The notes beneath the pieces are model-generated. The model searched no databases, was not told the origin of the DNA, and worked only from the letters and a program-made list of their open reading frames with translations. Shown here one piece after another: positions 9,592 to 15,588 of a stretch of 27,825 nt of DNA; the stretch's first letter is position 1; the number at the start of each line of letters is the position of its first letter. Made by a program: the position numbers and the translations under genes. The DNA comes from Planctomycetota bacterium (GTDB taxonomy: Bacteria > Planctomycetota > MHYJ01 > WSZJ01). Location of the stretch: assembly GCA_038060895.1 (NCBI GenBank), contig JBBTCT010000004.1, positions 1 to 27,825 on the forward strand, given 5' to 3'.

Positions 9592-9684
9592 TTCGGGGAT
9601 TCATCACTGTTCCGCGCGCTGAAGGCGAGCACGGCCGATACCCACTCAACCGGCGCACTGAGGCCATTTTCAGGAGAGACCCGT

Positions 9685-10074
9685 ATGTCCGACCCCACCA
9701 CGCCCCCAACGCAATACGCCCAGACCGGCAACGTCCTCGCATTCCAGACCGTCCTCACCCCCACCGAAAAACGATCGCTTCGGAGGAAGGTTTTCCGGAG
9801 CCTGACTTTCGAACACGTGGACTTCTCGGGTGCGGATTTCCGGCTGTCACACTTCTCCAACGTGACTTTCCTCCGATGCGACCTGAGCGGCGCCGACCTG
9901 CGCCTGACCGAACTCCAGGGCTGCCGCTTCATCGAGTGCGAACTGGCCTCCCTGCGACTCGGCCGCAATCGCTTCTCGGACACCGATTTCAGGAACTGCC
10001 GCCGCCTGTCCCCGGAGCACCGGCGGCTCGTCCTTTCGATGGGCGGTCGCTGGATCGGGTCCCTCCGCGAATGA
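9685..10074 (+). CDS. Pentapeptide-repeat protein
   Basis: AGGAG RBS; repeats VDFSG ADFRL SHFSN VTFLR CDLSG ADLRL. Confidence 0.8.
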   Translation: MSDPTTPPTQYAQTGNVLAFQTVLTPTEKRSLRRKVFRSLTFEHVDFSGADFRLSHFSNVTFLRCDLSGADLRLTELQGCRFIECELASLRLGRNRFSDTDFRNCRRLSPEHRRLVLSMGGRWIGSLRE

Positions 10075-10180
10075 GAACGGCTGGGTTTTCTTGGACAGGG
10101 GCCGTGTCTCAATCTTCACTGTGAACGCGTTTTGTTGAAAACGTTCCGCCCGCCCGACTCACCAATTCAGGACGAATGCC

Positions 10181-12043
10181 TTGCCGCAACCCCGCCGAGT
10201 CAGCCCTGGGCGGAGCACTCCGTCCCTCCTGACTCTCCCCGCGAACGCACTTCGGGTCGCGTTCCGCGAGGGATATGGGTTCAAGGAATTCCAGCGCGAC
10301 CTCCTGGCGGGCGTCGTGGTCGGCATCGTGGCGCTCCCGTTGGCCATGGCCCTCGCCATCGCCGTCGGCGTCCCGCCCCAGTACGGCCTCTACACCGCCG
10401 TCGTCGCCGGATTCCTCGCGGCACTCCTCGGCGGCTCGCGCACCCAGGTCACAGGGCCCACCGCGGCGTTCATCGTCATCCTGGCGCCGATCTACGCGAA
10501 GTTCGGCATGGCCGGACTGCTCATGTCCGGGCTCCTGGGCGGCGTGATCCTGCTCATCATGGGCATCGCCCGGCTGGGGAAGTTCATCGAGTTCATCCCC
10601 TACCCGGTCACCACCGGGTTCACTGCAGGAATCGCCACCGTCATCGCCACCCTCCAGGTCAAGGACGTCTTTGGCCTCCAGCTCACCTCGAGCCCTGACC
10701 ATTTCTTCGAACGCCTCGGCGCCTATTGGCACGCACGCGGATCGTTCTCATGGTGGGAACTCGCCATCGCCGCCCTGACCCTCGCCATCCTCGTCCTCTT
10801 CCCGAAATTCGTGACCCGTAAAATCCCCGCGCCCCTCGTCGCCATCCCGTTCGCAGCCGTGGTCGCCTGGCTCCTCAAGGGCCACGTCTCCGGATTCGAC
10901 GTCGCCACCATCGGCTCCCGCTTCAAGAGCGTCGTCGATGGCATCGAAATCCGCGGCATCCCGCGCCTGCCGCCAATGCCCCTCTGGCCGCCCCTTCAGC
11001 CCGGACCCGGAGGCGAAGCGCTGAACCTGCTCGATTACGACACCTGGCGGCAGCTTCTGCCCGGCGCCTTCGCCGTCGCCATGCTGGGAGCGATCGAGTC
11101 GCTGCTGTCGGCCGTGGTCGCCGACGGCATGGCCCAGACCAAGCACGACCCCGACTCCGAACTGTTCGGCCAGGGGATCGCCAACATCGTCTGCCCGTTC
11201 TTCGGCGGCATCCCCGCGACCGGGGCGATCGCCCGAACGGCGACCAACATCCGCTTCGGCGCCTACTCGCCCATCGCCGCCATGATCCACGCCGTCACCA
11301 TTCTCGTCGCAATCCTCGCCCTCGCGCCGCTCGTGGCCTACCTCCCCATGGCCGCCCTCGCCGCCCTCCTTCTCCTCGTCGCCTGGAACATGGCCGAGGC
11401 CAAACACTTCGTCCATATCCTCCGCACGGCGCCGCGCGCCGACGTCGCCGTCCTGCTCGTCTGCTGGTCCCTCACGGTTACCTTCGACATGGTCGTCTCC
11501 GTCACCGTCGGCTTCGTCCTCGCCGCCATCCTCTTCATGCGCCGCATGGCCGAAATCACCCAGTACGGCTTCATCCAGGGCGCCGAACCCTCCCAGACCG
11601 GAGTCCTCCCCCCCGGAGTCGTCGTCTATTCCATCAACGGCCCTCTTTTCTTCGGCGCCGCGGAACGCGCCATGGGCGCCCTGGGCGAAATCGCCGACTC
11701 CGCAAAGGCCGTCGTCTTCCGCCTGAAGAACGTCCCCGCCATCGACGCCACCGGCCTCGTCGCGCTGGAGAGCGCGCTCGCAAGGCTCAAGAAGCGCAAC
11801 ATCCTGGCGGTTCTCTCCGCCGTTCCGCGCGGGACCATGGCTACGCTGATGCGCGGCGGCATCCGCCGGGAGGCCGGAAAGCTGGCGTACTGCGCGACCG
11901 TGGAAGAGGGAATCAAGGTGGGCGGTGAATTCGCGAGCGGCGCGGTCCCGGTGCCTCTGCAGTCGCAGGAAAAAGTGGCCCACGGCGCGACGAAAGTCCA
12001 GTTCGAATCGATCGCCGAGCACCTTGACGAGCCGCGGAGATAG
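10181..12043 (+). CDS. SulP/SLC26 anion transporter with C-terminal STAS domain (DauA/YchM-like)
   Basis: RDLLAGVVVGIVALPLAMALAIA, GGSRTQVTGPTAAF, AIESLLSAVVAD, PATGAIART, GPLFFGAA. Start uncertain (TTG 10181). Confidence 0.93.
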   Translation: MPQPRRVSPGRSTPSLLTLPANALRVAFREGYGFKEFQRDLLAGVVVGIVALPLAMALAIAVGVPPQYGLYTAVVAGFLAALLGGSRTQVTGPTAAFIVILAPIYAKFGMAGLLMSGLLGGVILLIMGIARLGKFIEFIPYPVTTGFTAGIATVIATLQVKDVFGLQLTSSPDHFFERLGAYWHARGSFSWWELAIAALTLAILVLFPKFVTRKIPAPLVAIPFAAVVAWLLKGHVSGFDVATIGSRFKSVVDGIEIRGIPRLPPMPLWPPLQPGPGGEALNLLDYDTWRQLLPGAFAVAMLGAIESLLSAVVADGMAQTKHDPDSELFGQGIANIVCPFFGGIPATGAIARTATNIRFGAYSPIAAMIHAVTILVAILALAPLVAYLPMAALAALLLLVAWNMAEAKHFVHILRTAPRADVAVLLVCWSLTVTFDMVVSVTVGFVLAAILFMRRMAEITQYGFIQGAEPSQTGVLPPGVVVYSINGPLFFGAAERAMGALGEIADSAKAVVFRLKNVPAIDATGLVALESALARLKKRNILAVLSAVPRGTMATLMRGGIRREAGKLAYCATVEEGIKVGGEFASGAVPVPLQSQEKVAHGATKVQFESIAEHLDEPRR

Positions 12044-12193
12044 GTGGCCGTATCCGAGGCCGTTTCCGCGAGATCTGCCTTCATCCGCGTATACGACCCC
12101 CCATCTCCATTAATTTCGTGAACATTCCCCGCATTTCAGACGATTCATTCTGTGGGTTCGTCGTCCCCGCAACCGCCCCTTTCCAGAGGCCCC

Positions 12194-12865
12194 ATGCCCC
12201 TCACCCCCGCCCACAGACACCTCAAGCACGCCCGCGCGCACTACTTCGACCGCGAATTCCCCGACGCGGACCGCCTGGCCTCCGCTTCCATCGACCTCGA
12301 CCCCTCCCTCGTCTCCGCCTGGGCCCTCCGCGGCCGCGCCCGCCGCGACGCCGGCAACCCCGACGCCGCCTGGAACGACTTCACCCGCGCCCTCGCCCTC
12401 GACCCCGCCTGCTTCACCACACGCAGCTCCCGCGCCTGCCTCGCCTTCGACCAGGGCGTGACGGAAGACGCCCTCGCCGATTTCGACCGCGCCCTCGCGG
12501 ATCGCACCGCCGGCCCCGACGACTACAACCGCCTCCGCATCTGGCTCTGCCGCGCCCGCCTCGGCAACGAACACGCCGCCTCCCGCGAACTCCGCACCTG
12601 GCTGCGCGCCTCCCCCTGCGCTTCCACCTGGACCTGGGCCATCGCCGAGACCCTCTGGCGCGAGAAGCGCCCCTCCGCGCTCCTCGAGGCCGCCACCAAC
12701 GACGCCGAACGCTGCGAAGCCGGCTTCTGGGCCGGCGAGCGCCTCCTCCTCGACCACGACCGCCCCGCGGCGAAGCGGGCTTTCCGCCTCGCGGCCGTAA
12801 GCCCCCTCTGGCGCTTCACGGAGAAGCGGAGCGCAGAGGCGGAGCTGAAGCGGCTCGGGGCGTAA
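12194..12865 (+). CDS. TPR-repeat protein
   Basis: AWALRGRARRDAGNPDAAWNDFTRALALDP and ALADFDRAL; GAGG upstream of the ATG. Confidence 0.75.
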   Translation: MPLTPAHRHLKHARAHYFDREFPDADRLASASIDLDPSLVSAWALRGRARRDAGNPDAAWNDFTRALALDPACFTTRSSRACLAFDQGVTEDALADFDRALADRTAGPDDYNRLRIWLCRARLGNEHAASRELRTWLRASPCASTWTWAIAETLWREKRPSALLEAATNDAERCEAGFWAGERLLLDHDRPAAKRAFRLAAVSPLWRFTEKRSAEAELKRLGA

Positions 12866-12869
12866 GGGG

Positions 12870-13310
12870 CTACTTCTTCGTCGCGTCCAGCCCCTTCTGC
12901 AGCAGCGCTTCGACGTCCTCCGCGTCCGGCCCCGTCTCGCTCCCGATCAGCGACCCGTCCGGCTTCAGCGCGGCGATCGACGGCACGCCTTTGACCTTGC
13001 ACGTCGCCCAGATCGCCTGTTGCCCGGCGTCGTCCGGCTTGCCCCCCGCACCCAGCGACACCTTCACCCGCGCGCAGACATACCCCTTCAGCCGCCTCTG
13101 CATCGGTTCGTCCGTGAGCTCGACCTCGAGCGCGATGCACGCCCCTCAGTCGTCCGACCAGAACTCCACGAAGAGCGGCTTGTTTTCCGCCTTCGCCTGC
13201 GCGAGCGCGGCGGTGGCGTCGACGGCGAAGGGAATGTCGCCGATGCGGCCCGCCTTCCTCTCGCAGGCGACAAGGGCGATCACGGCAGTCAGGGCCAGCA
13301 GTCGCTTCAT
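12870..13310 (-). CDS. Predicted selenoprotein: thioredoxin-fold lipoprotein with UxxC motif (146 aa, Sec55)
   Basis: GGAGG RBS; MKRLLALTAVIALVAC lipobox; ..AKAENKPLFVEFWSDD-TGA(13148-13146)-GAC continues in frame into ORF 12870..13103, which has the cis-Pro motif VKGVPS. Confidence 0.88.
13099..13139 (-). promoter_or_regulatory. Candidate bacterial SECIS element
   Basis: After the UGA: GGGGCG UGCAUCG C GCUCG-AGGU-CGAGC UCACGGACGAAC CGAUGCA. The G-containing apical loop begins 19 nt after the UGA. Confidence 0.65.
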
Positions 13311-13532
13311 GGGAGCCTCCTAACTCTGATGTAACCGGGGCCCGCCGCTTCGTTTTCTCTCACTCAGCATAAGCAAACCGCTTCCTCCCATCTCCAGCCA
13401 AGCCTACACGCAGTCTGCGGAAGCGCGACTCGCGCGTTTTTAGCGCACCGTAAACCGTTTCCCTTGTTAGATTCTTCGACTTCTTCCCCCGCGGCGCTCC
13501 GTCCTGAGCGAGCGAAGCGAGTCGAAGGGAAG

Positions 13533-13625
13533 GGGAGCGGATACGGTCCTGGTGGCCGTCCTGGACTTCAAATCCGGTGTACCCTCCACAAGAGGGTAGG
13601 TCGGTTCGATTCCGATGCGCTCCCG
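13533..13625 (+). tRNA. selC: tRNA-Sec (anticodon UCA)
   Basis: Acceptor GGGAGCG/CGCTCCC; D stem ACGGTC/GGCCGT; anticodon arm CTGGA-CTTCAAA-TCCGG; long variable arm TACCCTC/GAGGGTA; T arm GTCGG-TTCGATT-CCGAT; G discriminator; CCA not encoded. Confidence 0.93.
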
Positions 13626-13626
13626 T

Positions 13627-13725
13627 CTCGAATTGGCGAGGTCCGTTTGTAAAGCGCGCCGGCCGTCGCACTTACGGCCGCGCGCCGGACCGCCGCGCTT
13701 CACAAACGGACCTCGCCAATTCGAG
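13627..13725. repeat. 99 bp inverted repeat immediately 3' of tRNA-Sec
   Basis: CTCGAATTGGCGAGGTCCGTTTGTaAAGCGCG ... CGCGCTTcACAAACGGACCTCGCCAATTCGAG (32 bp arms, 1 mismatch). Confidence 0.85.
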
Positions 13726-13841
13726 CCGCGGTAAACGGCAAATTGGCGATGCGGGAAGCGCGGCGAGGCGTGCGCTGAACGGGCGACTTCCCCTGCGGAT
13801 CTGGTGGCTCCGGCTGGACCTCCCAGCCCACGCGACCTCGC

Positions 13842-14837
13842 CTACTTCTCCTTCGGCTTCTCGCCCACGGGCTCCGCGGGCAGCTTCTTCATCCACGCGA
13901 TCGCGTGGGGAATCCCCGTGGCGATCATCGACTCGTAGTGATCGCCGGTCTTCACCGTGTCGAACTCGACCTTCTTGCCTTCCTTGCGAAGCAGATCGGC
14001 GAGCGCCTTCCCGTCCGCGAACGGCACGGTGCCGTCATCTTCGGCGTGAAACAGGAACAGCGGAGCGGCGAAGCGTTTCGCGTGGGTTTTCGGAGAGCTG
14101 CGGACGAGGAAGTTCTGGAACCCGGGCAGGAGACCTTCGACGGCGGTCCGCGTTTTCTCCGGGAGGTGTGCGGCAACGTCGGCGACGGCCGCGTAGGCGG
14201 CGCAACCGCGGAGACGCGGCTCGTGCGCCGCGAACAGCAGCGCGTGCGTCGCCGCGGAGCTGTGACCCGCGGCAAAAAGGCGCTTCGGGTCGATCGCGGG
14301 CACCTGGGCGAGCCCGTATTCCAGCGCCGCACGCGCGTCCTGCAGCCCTGCGGCGGAGTCGATGAAGCGGCGCATCTGGCGCAGGAACTCTGCGTCCGTG
14401 GTGTCCGGGATTTCCGCGCCTTCCAACTCGTAGGCGATCACCGCGAAGCCCGCCTTCACGTAAGGGAGATGCTCGACGCGATCTCCGTCGCCTAGTTCCA
14501 TTCCGACAATCAGAGTGCTTCCTGCCGGCGCCGCCAGCACGCACGCCAGCGACTTGTCGGCGGGTTTGCGGGAGGGAAGGTAGATCCAGAGCTTGCTCGC
14601 CCCGCGATCCCACTTCAGCGTGACCTCGCCGAAAAACACGCCCGGTTCGAGCTCCTTCAGTGCGGGCATTTCCGGGAATTTCGGCAGTTTCGCGCTTTCG
14701 ACGGGGAAGAGCTGGTCGCGCGATTTGTCGTCGACCACCTTGGCTGGGGGCTGTTCGGCAAACAGGCAGGCCGGTCCGAAGAGAGAAATCGCCGTCGCGA
14801 AAATGACGAGGGAACGGAACGCTCTTTGTGTCTTCAT
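13842..14837 (-). CDS. Secreted alpha/beta hydrolase (S9 peptidase-like)
   Basis: Signal peptide; IDPKRLFAAGHSSAA (nucleophile Ser), LFLFHAEDDGTVP (Asp), GDHY (His). Confidence 0.85.
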   Translation of the reverse strand: MKTQRAFRSLVIFATAISLFGPACLFAEQPPAKVVDDKSRDQLFPVESAKLPKFPEMPALKELEPGVFFGEVTLKWDRGASKLWIYLPSRKPADKSLACVLAAPAGSTLIVGMELGDGDRVEHLPYVKAGFAVIAYELEGAEIPDTTDAEFLRQMRRFIDSAAGLQDARAALEYGLAQVPAIDPKRLFAAGHSSAATHALLFAAHEPRLRGCAAYAAVADVAAHLPEKTRTAVEGLLPGFQNFLVRSSPKTHAKRFAAPLFLFHAEDDGTVPFADGKALADLLRKEGKKVEFDTVKTGDHYESMIATGIPHAIAWMKKLPAEPVGEKPKEK

Positions 14838-14909
14838 GGCTCGGGATCGTAGTTCGTTCAGGTGTGCGGCATCAAGCGAAGCGCGGCCGGGTCGTACTTG
14901 CCCGAGGAA

Positions 14910-15323
14910 CTAATATGGGTTCGTTCCGGAAGGTGTTCCCGAGATCTTCCGCATCAGGGAGCCCAGGCACCCTGCCCGCTCCGATCTCGGTTTGTGGCAA
15001 CCGCAACCACCAGCCGGGTGCCGCGATCGAGAAGACAAGTCCTCGGGCAACCCCGCGGCCTTCAACCGATCGCCGAATGAGGGATCTGCCGGTTTGCCAT
15101 CGGACCCGATCGCGTTACACGGGCATTCCTCAGCCGCCTGGGCTGCGAGCCGAAGCTCTTCGGGGGTCTGCGGCTGGGCGGCGACGTAGGCGTAACCGTG
15201 CTCGTCATCACGTCGGAAGACCGTGGGCTCCGTGTCCTGGCAAAGGCTGCAGTCCGTGCACTGGGAGTCGACGTAGAACGCGCCGGGGGCGTTCTGGGGA
15301 TGGCGGTCGGGCCATGAGGGCAT
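14910..15323 (-). CDS. Single-cluster ferredoxin with C-terminal extension
   Basis: NAPGAFYVDSQCTDCSLC...EECPCNAIG; GGGAG RBS before ATG 15323. Confidence 0.82.
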   Translation of the reverse strand: MPSWPDRHPQNAPGAFYVDSQCTDCSLCQDTEPTVFRRDDEHGYAYVAAQPQTPEELRLAAQAAEECPCNAIGSDGKPADPSFGDRLKAAGLPEDLSSRSRHPAGGCGCHKPRSERAGCLGSLMRKISGTPSGTNPY

Positions 15324-15342
15324 CGGAATCTCCCGTTGCTGG

Positions 15343-15588
15343 CTAATCGCCCGCCACATCGTTCCTGGTTACCCGGTACATCTCTTCAACTTTCGCCCTC
15401 GCCCACGGCGTCCGCCGCAGAAACTTCAGGCTGGAACTGACGCTCGGGTTGTCCGTGAAGCACTTGATCCGGATTTTCCGCCCCAGGCGCTCCCAGCCGA
15501 ACTGGTTCACGAGGTCCACGATCATCCGCTCGAGGGTGATGCCGTGAAGCGGGTTATTCTTCTGCTTTTCGGGGAGCTTTCCCGTCAC
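15343..15588 (-). CDS. VF530/DUF2132 family small protein
   Basis: NNPLHGITLERMIVDLV..GWERL..CFTDNPSVSSSLKFLRRTPWARAKVE; GTG start overlaps the M16 stop, with GGAGG upstream. It is the 3' end of shadow ORF 15343..17802. Confidence 0.85.
   Translation of the reverse strand: MTGKLPEKQKNNPLHGITLERMIVDLVNQFGWERLGRKIRIKCFTDNPSVSSSLKFLRRTPWARAKVEEMYRVTRNDVAGD

Noticed and set aside
12044-12193. Possible riboswitch upstream of the TPR gene; 12 bp match TTCCGCGAGATC to positions 43-54
   Set aside because: No recognisable aptamer; a short match like this can occur by chance.
12870-13103. 77 aa ORF treated as a standalone gene or pseudogene fragment
   Set aside because: It has no RBS and is the in-frame C-terminal half of the UGA-containing thioredoxin starting at 13310.
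12118-13323. 401 aa plus-strand ORF and other long overlapping ORFs (e.g. 16863-18632, 24706-26544, 10748-12022)
   Set aside because: High-GC shadow frames overlapping well-supported genes, with no recognisable motifs.
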